In this document: piece by piece, positions 1 through 8,881 of the stretch
Layout of the letters: every line of letters begins with the position of its first letter
Position numbering within the stretch: the stretch's first letter is position 1
Position numbers and translations under genes: made by a program
Notes under the pieces: model-generated
What the model saw: the letters and a program-made list of their open reading frames with translations, nothing else
The model's database searches: none
What the model was told of the DNA's origin: nothing
From: an uncultured Clostridia bacterium
GTDB taxonomy: Bacteria; Bacillota; Clostridia; TANB77; CAG-465
Direction of reading: 5' to 3'
Length of the DNA stretch: 64,000 nucleotides
Assembly (NCBI GenBank): GCA_944388565.1
Contig: CALXJG010000002.1
Location: forward strand, 4,247 to 68,246

Positions 1-21
1 CAATATATAGTGGTGAAGTAA

Positions 22-723
22 ATGAATGATGACTTTTATCAAAGAACTCAGATTATAATAGGTAAAGAAAATATAGAAAAAATTAAAGATATGCATATAG
101 TTATTTGTGGAATTGGTGGTGTGGGTTCTTTTGTTCTTGAAGCTTTAGCTAGAATTGGAGTAGGTAATCTTACAATTATTGATAAAGATGTTGTTGATGC
201 CACAAATATAAATAGACAAATAATTGCATTACAAAGTACTATTGGCAAGTATAAGGTTGATGTTGCAAAAGAACGTATTTTAGACATTAATCCCAAAGCT
301 AAAGTAAAAACAATTTGTATCAATATAACTAGTGATAATATAGATGAAATTATAAGTATTGATGATAATATAGATTATGTTGTTGATTGTGTTGATAACA
401 TTGAGGCTAAAATTGCAATAATATCTAAATGTAATAATAAAAATATAAAATGTATATCATGTATGGGAATGGGGAATAAAATAAATCCTCTTGATATACG
501 AGTTTCTGATATATATAAAACTAATACATGTCCTCTTGCAAGGATAATAAGAAAAAAATTAAAAGAGCTTGGAATAAATAAGCAAAAAGTTATTTTTTCA
601 GTAGAGAAACCTATAAAAAATAATTCAAATAGTAATGCTTTAGGTAGTATTTCTTTTGTTCCTTCTGTTGCTGGTTTAATTATTGCTTCTGAAGTTATAA
701 AAGATACACTAAATTTAAATTAA
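22..723 (+). CDS. tcdA: ThiF/MoeB/HesA-family E1-like enzyme, probably tRNA threonylcarbamoyladenosine dehydratase
   Basis: 233-aa ORF. It has an N-terminal Rossmann motif (ICGIGGVGS) followed by IIDKDVVDATNINRQ, typical of the ThiF/TcdA family. Size fits TcdA/CsdL. Confidence 0.75.
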   Translation: MNDDFYQRTQIIIGKENIEKIKDMHIVICGIGGVGSFVLEALARIGVGNLTIIDKDVVDATNINRQIIALQSTIGKYKVDVAKERILDINPKAKVKTICINITSDNIDEIISIDDNIDYVVDCVDNIEAKIAIISKCNNKNIKCISCMGMGNKINPLDIRVSDIYKTNTCPLARIIRKKLKELGINKQKVIFSVEKPIKNNSNSNALGSISFVPSVAGLIIASEVIKDTLNLN

Positions 724-748
724 ATAAAGTGGCTATAAGTTTTTATAG

Positions 749-1378
749 CTACTTTTTAATTTTAATACCTAATATTTTTAAAAATTCTAAAGCTTGTAAC
801 TGTGTTAAAATTACGCCTTTTAGATCCTTTTCATATATAGTTATTCCATCAATTATACAAGTAGATAAATCTATTTTATTTAGACTTGTATTTGATAAGT
901 TGCAAAGATTCAAATTACATTCATTTAATGCTATATCTTTAAAATGAACATTAGTAATTGAAGAAGAATTTAACATACAATTATAAAATTCACTTTGTGA
1001 TATTGTTGAATAATCTAAGTATATGTTAGATAAATTAGAATCCTTTATATATACATTTTCAAAATAACTACTTTCAAAAATTGTACCTACTAATTTACAA
1101 TTTAAAAAAGATACTCTTTTTAAAGTAGCTTTTGACATATCTATATTGGATAAATCACAATTTTCAAAGATACAATTATTAAGATATATTTTCTCCATTT
1201 TACAATTTTTAAAGCATACATTTTTAAAAAGTGATTGCTTTATTTCTAGTTCTTCAGAGTATATATTTAATATATCTTGATAAGTAACACTTGAATTTTG
1301 TATTATATCTGTATCTTCTAATATGTAGTTTATATTTTCTATACTTTCTAATGAATATGGAATTGCAGCTTTTAACAT
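749..1378 (-). CDS. pentapeptide-repeat protein (Qnr/MfpA-like size)
   Basis: The body of the ORF is tandem A(D/N)LXX-like pentapeptides (NCIFENCDLSNIDMSKATLKRVSFLNCKL...). I moved the start to ATG 1378 (MLKAAIPYS) because GAGGTG lies just upstream at 1383-1388 and a promoter lies at 1395-1423. Confidence 0.8.
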   Translation of the reverse strand: MLKAAIPYSLESIENINYILEDTDIIQNSSVTYQDILNIYSEELEIKQSLFKNVCFKNCKMEKIYLNNCIFENCDLSNIDMSKATLKRVSFLNCKLVGTIFESSYFENVYIKDSNLSNIYLDYSTISQSEFYNCMLNSSSITNVHFKDIALNECNLNLCNLSNTSLNKIDLSTCIIDGITIYEKDLKGVILTQLQALEFLKILGIKIKK

Positions 1379-1394
1379 TTTACACCTCGTTATA

Positions 1395-1423
1395 AGTATA
1401 TATTTGTGTATATTATTTGTCAA
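1395..1423 (-). promoter_or_regulatory. sigma-A-type promoter for the pentapeptide-repeat gene
   Basis: On the minus strand: TTGACA, 17-nt spacer, TATACT. It is followed by GAGGTG and ATG 1378. Confidence 0.5.
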
Positions 1424-1436
1424 GAGATATAAAATT

Positions 1437-1471
1437 AAAAAGGTAGTACTTGTTATAAATACTACCTTTTT
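1437..1471 (-). terminator. intrinsic terminator hairpin (works in both orientations)
   Basis: AAAAGGTAGTA...TACTACCTTTT is a perfect ~11-bp stem flanked by A and T runs. It lies directly after the stop of the 1488-1952 gene. Confidence 0.6.
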
Positions 1472-1487
1472 AATTTTGTTACATTAT

Positions 1488-1952
1488 TTATTTTTCATGA
1501 TTTTTGCATTCCATAACAACTAAACAATTATGTACAGTGTTAAATGTCTCATATCCATATGTTACAAAAGGGTATTTCTCGATACGTTTTGCAGATATTA
1601 ATTTAGAAAAATAATCGAGTCGCTCTTTTGGATATGAATCAATTGATATGTCTCTTACTTTTTGACATCCGCCATCACATTCAAGTGCTGCAGATAGATG
1701 TTTACATGTCTTTGAAAGTGAACTACAAAGGTGAATTTCTGTAATTTCATTATTTGAAAGTCTTGAATTATTTGGAATTTCGCTATAATAGAGTTTATCG
1801 CCTTTTTTTAGAATAAATCCAGGAACATCGGATAACCGATGCTCAATAATTTCATCTTCGGATATTTCTTTTAATGGAAAGTTTTGCTCTATAGTTATCC
1901 CATCCTTCTTTTTAAAAAATATAAGACCATTAGATGTAACATTAAATTTCAT
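1488..1952 (-). CDS. hypothetical Cys-rich protein
   Basis: 154-aa ORF with AAGGAG 8 nt upstream of the ATG. It carries the Cys/His cluster CSSLSKTCKH...ECDGGC...HNC...C. I recognise no family. Confidence 0.6.
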   Translation of the reverse strand: MKFNVTSNGLIFFKKKDGITIEQNFPLKEISEDEIIEHRLSDVPGFILKKGDKLYYSEIPNNSRLSNNEITEIHLCSSLSKTCKHLSAALECDGGCQKVRDISIDSYPKERLDYFSKLISAKRIEKYPFVTYGYETFNTVHNCLVVMECKNHEK

Positions 1953-2101
1953 GATGCATACTCCTTACTTTGAATAAAAATTTTCTTATTCATATGGATT
2001 AAGATTAATAAATTATATCACATTATGTAAACAAAATCAAGTAACATTGTAATAAAATATATTATAATTTTGTAGAAAATGATAGAAATAAAAAGTTAGA
2101 C

Positions 2102-2130
2102 TTGCAAAACATTTTTTGCCGTGTTATAAT
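2102..2130 (+). promoter_or_regulatory. sigma-A-type promoter upstream of sufC-like gene
   Basis: TTGCAA, 17-nt spacer, TATAAT. The spacer contains the imperfect palindrome GCAAAA-cat-TTTTTGC, which could be an operator. Confidence 0.5.
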
Positions 2131-2162
2131 AATAAAGGATATAAAAAAGAAAGGAACTTAAA

Positions 2163-2882
2163 ATGTTAGAATTAAAAAATATATGTTTTAATAGAGATGG
2201 TAAACAAATATTAGATAATATTAGCTTTGCTATTGATGATAATAAATTTATAGTAATTACAGGTCCAAATGGTGGTGGAAAATCTACTCTTGCTAAAATA
2301 ATAATGGGAATTGAAAAGCCAGACTCTGGTTTGGTTTTATTAAATGGAGAAGATATAACTAATCTTAGTATAACAGAAAGAGCAAATAAGGGTATTGGTT
2401 TTGCATTTCAACAACCTGTAAAATTTAAAGGAATAACTGTTTATGATTTAATTAATTTATCACTTGGAAAAAAGGTAAAGTTTTCAGAAGCTTGTAAATA
2501 TCTTTCAGCAGTAGGACTATGTCCAAGAGATTATATGAAAAGAGAGGTAAATGCTTCACTTTCAGGCGGTGAATTAAAAAGAATTGAAATTGCAACAGTT
2601 GTAGCTAGAAAATCAGGGCTTACAATCTTTGATGAACCAGAGGCAGGTATTGATTTATGGAGCTTTAGTAATTTAATAGATGTATTTTCTGATATGAAAG
2701 ATGAGATATCTGGCTCTATAATGATTATTTCACACCAAGAAAGAATATTAAATATTGCTGATAATATTATTTTAATATCAAATGGAAAAATAAAAGAAAG
2801 TGGAACAAGAGATGAAGTTTTACCAAAATTATTAAATAATACTAAAACTTGTAAATTTTTAAAGGAGGATATCAATGGATAA
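2163..2882 (+). CDS. sufC: Fe-S cluster assembly ATPase, SufC-like ABC protein
   Basis: Walker A GPNGGGKST, ABC signature LSGGELKR and Walker B IFDEPEAGID. It has no transmembrane partner and overlaps the following SufB/D-like gene. Confidence 0.8.
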   Translation: MLELKNICFNRDGKQILDNISFAIDDNKFIVITGPNGGGKSTLAKIIMGIEKPDSGLVLLNGEDITNLSITERANKGIGFAFQQPVKFKGITVYDLINLSLGKKVKFSEACKYLSAVGLCPRDYMKREVNASLSGGELKRIEIATVVARKSGLTIFDEPEAGIDLWSFSNLIDVFSDMKDEISGSIMIISHQERILNIADNIILISNGKIKESGTRDEVLPKLLNNTKTCKFLKEDING

Positions 2883-3804
2883 AAAATTAAATAATATAGA
2901 AAAATTTATTCTAAAAAAGATATCTGATATTGATGACTTCCCATCTGGAGCTTTTAATATACGTGAAAATGGAAGTGGAATTAAGAGGCATACTACAGAA
3001 AATGTTAATATTGTATCAAAAACAGATAAGCAAGGAATTGATATAATTGTAAAAGAAGGTACAAAGAATGAAACTATACATATACCAGTTATACTAACTA
3101 AAGGAGGTCTTACAGATATTGTATATAACGACTTTTATATAGGTAAAAATGCTGAAGTAACTATAATTGCTGGTTGTGGTATTCACAATGATTCTTGTGA
3201 AACTTCTGAACATGATGGTATACATAGATTTTTCTTAGAGGAAGGAGCAAAAGTTAAGTATATTGAAAAACATTATGGGCAAGGTGAAGGAACTGGAAAA
3301 AGAATATTAAATCCTCAAACTATAATTGATTTAAAAGATGGTAGCTCACTAGAAATGGAAACTGTACAAATTAAAGGTGTAGATAATTCGATAAGACAAA
3401 CATTTGGAAATCTTGCTAAGGACACTAATCTTGTTATTAATGAAAAAATAATGACACATGGAGCTCAATTTGCAAAAACTGAATTTGATGTTGTTTTAAA
3501 TGGTGAAAATGCAAGTACACATGTAACTTCGAGATCAGTTGCAAAAGATGCATCAAAACAAGAGTTTATTTCTAAAGTTAGTGGTAATACAAAATGTTAT
3601 GGACATGTAGAATGTGACGCCATTATAATGGATAATGCCACTGTAAAAGCTATTCCAGAAATACTTGCTAATAATATAGATGCAAGGCTTATTCATGAAG
3701 CTGCAATAGGAAAAATAGCAGGGGAGCAGATGGTAAAACTTATGACGTTAGGTCTTAGTGAAAAAGAAGCTGAAAATGAAATTATAAATGGATTTTTAAA
3801 ATAA
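2875..3804 (+). CDS. short SufB/SufD-family Fe-S assembly scaffold protein
   Basis: 309 aa. The C-terminal block RLIHEAAIGKIAGEQMVKLMTLGLSEKEAENEIINGFL matches the conserved SufB/SufD C-terminus. Its start overlaps the sufC stop. Confidence 0.75.
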   Translation: MDKKLNNIEKFILKKISDIDDFPSGAFNIRENGSGIKRHTTENVNIVSKTDKQGIDIIVKEGTKNETIHIPVILTKGGLTDIVYNDFYIGKNAEVTIIAGCGIHNDSCETSEHDGIHRFFLEEGAKVKYIEKHYGQGEGTGKRILNPQTIIDLKDGSSLEMETVQIKGVDNSIRQTFGNLAKDTNLVINEKIMTHGAQFAKTEFDVVLNGENASTHVTSRSVAKDASKQEFISKVSGNTKCYGHVECDAIIMDNATVKAIPEILANNIDARLIHEAAIGKIAGEQMVKLMTLGLSEKEAENEIINGFLK

Positions 3805-3810
3805 TAGTAA

Positions 3811-3845
3811 AAATAGCATGGTTAGTTTTCCATGCTATTTCTATT
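3811..3845 (+). terminator. intrinsic terminator after suf genes
   Basis: AAATAGCATGG...CCATGCTATTT 11-bp stem followed by T-rich sequence. Confidence 0.6.
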
Positions 3846-4595
3846 TGGGATTAAACCATAGGCAATGCCTATGGTGCAGGAGAGCCAAAGGCGTGGGTTT
3901 GCAAAAATCCCTAGCTTTCGATATAATAATAAAGGTTACCAGCCATATTAAAATAAAGAAAGGTAGGGATTTTTATGTCAAAAAAATTTGACAATGATAG
4001 TTTATCACATACAAGGTGGAATTGCAAATATCATATAGTATTTGCCCCAAAGTATAGAAGACAAATAATATACGGAAAAATAAAAAATGATATAGGAAAA
4101 ATATTAAGGACGTTATGTGAAAGAAAAGGAGTAGAAATAATAGAAGCAGAAGCATGTTCAGATCATATACATATGCTAGTAAGCATACCACCCAAAATAA
4201 GTATATCAAGTTTTATGGGATATTTAAAAGGAAAAAGTAGTTTAATGATATTTGATAGACATGCAAATTTAAAATATAAATACGGAAATAGAAAATTTTG
4301 GGCAGAAGGATATTATGTGGATACAGTAGGAAAAAATAAGAAAGTAATAGAAGAATATATAAAGAAACAATTACAAGAAGATATAGCAACAGACCAAATA
4401 GTAATGAAAGAATTTGTAGACCCATTTACAGGAGAAAAAAATGAAATAAACAAAAAGAAAAAAGGACCATTTCAATGGTAGCGAGAAAAAGTGGCGCAGC
4501 TGGCAATAATTTCAGTTGAGCTTGAGCTCATTGGCTGGTAACATCCCCTTATAGGGGTAGAGCAAACCACCCGTTATCACGGGTGGTTTATGATT
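3846..4595 (+). mobile_element. IS200/IS605-family (IS200-group, tnpA-only) insertion sequence; ends approximate
   Basis: A Y1 transposase ORF is flanked by subterminal hairpins. On the left is CCATAGG-caatg-CCTATGG (3856-3874). On the right are CCCCT-tat-AGGGG and AAACCACCCG-ttatca-CGGGTGGTTT (4564-4589). An 11-bp inverted pair GGTTACCAGCCA (3934-3945) / TGGCTGGTAAC (4532-4542) is also present. The region is locally GC-richer than its flanks. Confidence 0.65.
3975..4481 (+). CDS. tnpA: IS200/IS605-family Y1 (HUH) transposase TnpA
   Basis: 168 aa. It has the characteristic N-terminus ...HTRWNCKYHIVFAPKYRR, the HUH motif (DHIHMLVSIPP) and GYYVDTVG near the catalytic Tyr region. Confidence 0.9.
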   Translation: MSKKFDNDSLSHTRWNCKYHIVFAPKYRRQIIYGKIKNDIGKILRTLCERKGVEIIEAEACSDHIHMLVSIPPKISISSFMGYLKGKSSLMIFDRHANLKYKYGNRKFWAEGYYVDTVGKNKKVIEEYIKKQLQEDIATDQIVMKEFVDPFTGEKNEINKKKKGPFQW

Positions 4596-4673
4596 AAAAT
4601 TTATATATTTTTCATTAAATATATAGAAAAGTAAATACTCATATGATATAATTTAATTATTAGAGGTATGATT

Positions 4674-5390
4674 ATGGATTTTTTAGAAAAATTAGATGAT
4701 AAAGTTCTAGAAAAAATAAATGAAATAAAAGAAGAAATAAAAAGAGAGCAAAAGGAAATTTATAGTTTGTTATTAGAGATAACTAAAAGTTTTTCTGATA
4801 ATGAAAAAGATAAAAAATATAGAGATTCATTATTTGAACGAGTAGATTTATTAAATATAATAATAAAAGAGAATAACAAGAAAATAAATGACCTTAAAAA
4901 CGGCGAATATAAAGAAAACTTTAATTCTGTTATAAGTGATGTAAAAATAGATGATACTATTTCTGAGGTAGAAGAAATAACAAATGAACTAAAGGAATTA
5001 GAAGAATTAAAAAATGAAGAGAGTACAGAAAATATTGAAGAGATTAACTTAAATTTAGATAATGATATTGATGATTTTATAGAAGAAACAATAGAAATAT
5101 CAGAAGAAATAGTAGAAGAAGATGTGAGACCAGAAGAGCAAAATAATCCTAATGAATCTAAAAAAATTGATTTAAAAAAGGAATTAGAAGATATAGTAAA
5201 GCAAGTAAATGGAACTATAAACTCAGAAGAAGTTGTAGAAAAAGTACCGGTACTATTTAGTACTAGTAGTTATACAAATTCAAATAGTAGAAGGGCTAAT
5301 ACTCAGTTAATTGTTAGAGAAGAAAAAAACTCTTTTTCTGATAGAATAAAAGGAGTGTTAAATAGAATTAAGAAGTTAATTATTAAGTAA
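4674..5390 (+). CDS. hypothetical acidic coiled-coil protein
   Basis: Long Glu/Lys/Asn-rich ORF. I chose ATG 4674 because it is better spaced from AGAGG than ATG 4668. No family recognised. Confidence 0.55.
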   Translation: MDFLEKLDDKVLEKINEIKEEIKREQKEIYSLLLEITKSFSDNEKDKKYRDSLFERVDLLNIIIKENNKKINDLKNGEYKENFNSVISDVKIDDTISEVEEITNELKELEELKNEESTENIEEINLNLDNDIDDFIEETIEISEEIVEEDVRPEEQNNPNESKKIDLKKELEDIVKQVNGTINSEEVVEKVPVLFSTSSYTNSNSRRANTQLIVREEKNSFSDRIKGVLNRIKKLIIK

Positions 5391-5419
5391 AGACAACTAT
5401 TTTAGTTGTCTTTTATTTT
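5390..5419 (+). terminator. intrinsic terminator
   Basis: AAGACAACTA-ttt-TAGTTGTCTT followed by a T-run. Confidence 0.6.
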
Positions 5420-5546
5420 GTTTATTTATAAATTATAAGTTTGTGAAAATAAAATTTATCACTTTTACTTATTGGTACAAGAATGACATGCAAAATAATG
5501 TTGTTTTGGCATACTAGTATATTAAGAAAACAGGAGGAGATATTGT

Positions 5547-6239
5547 ATGTTAAGTATCTTAAGTAATTTATTTTCACATATATTGTTATTATTTGGTTAT
5601 ATTTCAAATAATAATTTATTTCCAGAACCCCTTACTAAGACTGAAGAAGAATATTATATTAGAAAGTATCTAGAAGGTGATAAAGAGGCAAAAAATAAGT
5701 TAATTGAACATAATTTAAGATTAGTTGCACATATAGCCAAAAAATATTCGTCTAATGAACAAGATATGGAGGATTTAATTTCTATAGGTACTATAGGTCT
5801 TATAAAAGCTATAAATAGTTTTAGTAGTGAAAAGAATTTTAAGATTAGTACTTATGCTAGTAGATGTATAGAAAATGAAGTATTAATGCATTTAAGAGCT
5901 ACTAAAAAGATTAAATCTGAAGTATCTATGAATACAATTATTGGAACTGATAAAGACGGAAACGATATGGAACTTTTAGAAACTCTAAATGCTAATACAA
6001 AAGATGCTATTGATACAATATATAATAAAGTGGTAGCAGACCAAGTTATAGATTATATAAATAATAAATTACCAAAAAGAGAGAAATATATAATGGAATT
6101 AAGATATGGATTAAATGGATTAAATCCTAAAACCCAACAACAGATAGCTAATGAACTTGGTATATCTCGTTCTTATGTGTCTAGAATAGAGACAAAAGTA
6201 CAAAATAAATTAAAGAAGCATATAAAATATGAAGAATAA
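5547..6239 (+). CDS. sigK: sporulation sigma factor pro-sigma-K (uninterrupted)
   Basis: It has a hydrophobic pro-sequence and then YISNNNLFPEPLTKTEEE, which matches the B. subtilis pro-SigK processing region YVKNNAFPQPL. It also has LIEHNLRLVAHIAKKY, DLISIGTIGLIKA and a C-terminal GISRSYVSRIE. SD is AGGAGGAG. Confidence 0.85.
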   Translation: MLSILSNLFSHILLLFGYISNNNLFPEPLTKTEEEYYIRKYLEGDKEAKNKLIEHNLRLVAHIAKKYSSNEQDMEDLISIGTIGLIKAINSFSSEKNFKISTYASRCIENEVLMHLRATKKIKSEVSMNTIIGTDKDGNDMELLETLNANTKDAIDTIYNKVVADQVIDYINNKLPKREKYIMELRYGLNGLNPKTQQQIANELGISRSYVSRIETKVQNKLKKHIKYEE

Positions 6240-6529
6240 TATTTTGTTTTAAATATAAAAATGTAAAAAAATAAAAGGAAATAAATCCTTTTAACTATAA
6301 TATAAAAGATAAAGGTAATATAAATGATAAAACCCTTTTCTAAAAGGTGGGCATCCCGTTGTAACCATTAGGATTCTCTATTTAAAGAGCTTTCAACACA
6401 AGTTACAATTCCCGATTCCCGTTCAAAATTCTTGTAGATTTTCATATAAATTATTACCTCTATCTGTATATATTTTATCATTAATTATTATAAAAGTAAA
6501 TACTTATTGTGTTTTTCTTTAAAGCTTTT

Positions 6530-8104
6530 CTATATTTTTTTATATAAAGTATTTCCATTTTTTATTGTTTCTAATATTTTTATATTTCTAATGTCATCTA
6601 CATTTATTTTTAGTGGATTTTTATCAATAATTATTAAATCGGCTAACTTTCCTTCTTTTATACTTCCTTTTTTATCTTCTTCAAAATATTGATAAGCACT
6701 ATTTATTGTTACTGACTTTATGGCATCTATAACTGGAATTCTCTCATCTTTACCAAGTAACTTACCACTTTTAGTTAATCTACATGTTGCAATCCATATT
6801 GTTTCAAACATATTAGGTTCTATTACAGGTGAGTCTTGGTGTAGTGTAAATATTACATTTTCTTTTAATGTACTATTTGTAGGACTTATATTACTTGCTC
6901 TTTCATATCCAAAATTTTTTATATGTATATCACCGTAGTAGAAAACATGGGATACAAAAAAAGATGGAATTATATTATATTTTTTAAGATATTCGATTTG
7001 GTCTATGCCAAGTAATTGTGCATGTATCATAACTGGTCTTAAAGATTTAATATCATTTTTATATTTTTCTATACTATTTATATATTGTTCTGCTGCTTTA
7101 TCTCCATTGCAGTGGGCAAGAAGTTGTAGATTTGAATCTATAGCAGCTTTTACTGAAAGTTCGACATCACTATCTTTCATAGTTCCATATCCAAAATAGT
7201 TTTTATCATCAATATATGGAGTTCTCATCCAAGCGGTTTTTCCTTGAGGAGAACCATCTAAAAATATTTTATATCCTCCAATTTTAAAATGTTTATAATA
7301 TTGTTTTATGCTATTTTTAAATGTATTGAAAAATATTTCTTTATTTTTTACTTCTATGTATGATACTAAATCTATATTTAATATATCATTTGAAATTAGG
7401 TTTTCATATATTGGAATTAAAGAAGAATATGTCATACCATCTTGTGCTGTGGTAATACCATAAGATAAGTATTTGTATTGTGCTTTTTCATATGCTTTTA
7501 ACAATTCCTCTATTTTTGGCATAGGGACTTGCTTTTGGTACTCTAAAAAAGAATTTTCTTCCATGTAACCTGTTAAATCTCCGTTTATTTTTTCTATAAA
7601 ACCTCCATCTTTTGCAATTGTATTATTTGAGATATTTAATTCTTTTAAAGCTTTACTATTAAATACCCCTACGTGACCTGATTTATGTTCTAAAATTACA
7701 GGATTATTTGGTAGAACTTCATCAATAATTTCTTTTTTTGGATGTGCTTTTTCATCTAGATTGTTATGATCATAACCATGAGCTAAAATCCATTTACCAT
7801 CAACTATATTGTTATCTTCTTTATATATTTTTAGTTTTTCTTGAATTTGTTTAAAATTTGAGCAATTTTCTAAATTTACTTTTAAAAAGTTAGTAGCAAC
7901 ACCGGAAAGATGGCTGTGTGCATCTATAAAAGAAGGCATCATAGTATGTCCTTTTAGGTCTATTATCTCTGTCATATTATCTTTATTTTTTAAGATATCT
8001 TCTTTTTTACCAGTAGCTTTTATTATCCCATCTTCTATAAAAATTGCCTCAATATTATTATTCTCTAAGGTAATGAAATCACCATTATAATATATTTTTT
8101 TCAT
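6530..8104 (-). CDS. amidohydrolase-family metal-dependent hydrolase (YtcJ-like)
   Basis: 524 aa. It has the PSFIDAHSHL metal-binding motif near the N-terminus and an LADLIIID-type C-terminal motif typical of the amidohydrolase_3 family. Confidence 0.75.
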   Translation of the reverse strand: MKKIYYNGDFITLENNNIEAIFIEDGIIKATGKKEDILKNKDNMTEIIDLKGHTMMPSFIDAHSHLSGVATNFLKVNLENCSNFKQIQEKLKIYKEDNNIVDGKWILAHGYDHNNLDEKAHPKKEIIDEVLPNNPVILEHKSGHVGVFNSKALKELNISNNTIAKDGGFIEKINGDLTGYMEENSFLEYQKQVPMPKIEELLKAYEKAQYKYLSYGITTAQDGMTYSSLIPIYENLISNDILNIDLVSYIEVKNKEIFFNTFKNSIKQYYKHFKIGGYKIFLDGSPQGKTAWMRTPYIDDKNYFGYGTMKDSDVELSVKAAIDSNLQLLAHCNGDKAAEQYINSIEKYKNDIKSLRPVMIHAQLLGIDQIEYLKKYNIIPSFFVSHVFYYGDIHIKNFGYERASNISPTNSTLKENVIFTLHQDSPVIEPNMFETIWIATCRLTKSGKLLGKDERIPVIDAIKSVTINSAYQYFEEDKKGSIKEGKLADLIIIDKNPLKINVDDIRNIKILETIKNGNTLYKKI

Positions 8105-8168
8105 ATACTAACCACCCATTATAGATAATTATATTATTAACTAACAAATTTTTTTTATACTTTTAGTA

Positions 8169-8714
8169 TTATTTAAAAGATTCGAATCTATCTTTTAATA
8201 CATTATATACTTTATCTATATCACAATCTGCATTTCCTAAATCAATTATTATATGCTTCCCAAAATTTTTTATATTATTATTGATTCTTTCTTTAATAAA
8301 ATCATCACTTATTGAAATTATATCATCGATATTATTTAAATCAATACCAATAAATTTTTTTGTATATATTTCATTTTTTGTATTAAATTCTTTATTAATA
8401 ATATCTATTGATTTTATTTCATCCCATTTTATATTATTAAAAATTGCAAAGTTTGTATTATCTATTATTCCGTCACTTGTTATGCTAAATATTTCTTTAG
8501 GATTTTTTAATTGTAAGACTAATGATATAATATTATATCCAAATACAAAAATAAAAACACCGGCAAAAATTCTTGCTAATATAACGAGAAGTTTAACTGG
8601 TAGTAAATTAGAAAATATTATCATCAAAATTGATATTACTATTAATATAGCATTATATGTTATTAAATAAAGTAGTTTCTTTTTACTTTGCAATATTGTT
8701 ATATTTTCATCCAT
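8169..8714 (-). CDS. hypothetical membrane protein (two N-terminal TM helices plus a soluble C-terminal domain)
   Basis: 181-aa ORF with AGGTGA upstream. The opposite-strand ORF 8281-8670 is low-complexity and was rejected. Confidence 0.6.
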   Translation of the reverse strand: MDENITILQSKKKLLYLITYNAILIVISILMIIFSNLLPVKLLVILARIFAGVFIFVFGYNIISLVLQLKNPKEIFSITSDGIIDNTNFAIFNNIKWDEIKSIDIINKEFNTKNEIYTKKFIGIDLNNIDDIISISDDFIKERINNNIKNFGKHIIIDLGNADCDIDKVYNVLKDRFESFK

Positions 8715-8881
8715 TTAGATTCACCTAAGTATTATTATACCATATATTATACAGAAAAACTATTAATATATTTTAATATTATATAATCTTTTTAGGATGT
8801 TAAAAATATATAATAAGGCAGAAAGTATAGATATATATTTATAATTATGGTATAATGTGATTGATAGTACGGAGTGTTGAT

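Noticed and set aside
5422-5607. 61-aa minus-strand ORF overlapping the sigK start
   Set aside because: It is antisense to the sigK promoter, RBS and pro-sequence. It has no SD and a low-complexity translation.
6340-6425. Possible guanidine-II (mini-ykkC) or other riboswitch, suggested by two ACGGGA/TCCCGT repeats
   Set aside because: The ACGR sequences are not presented as tetraloops on complementary stems. The element also sits between convergent gene ends, not in a 5' UTR. It is kept only as an unclassified candidate in the findings.
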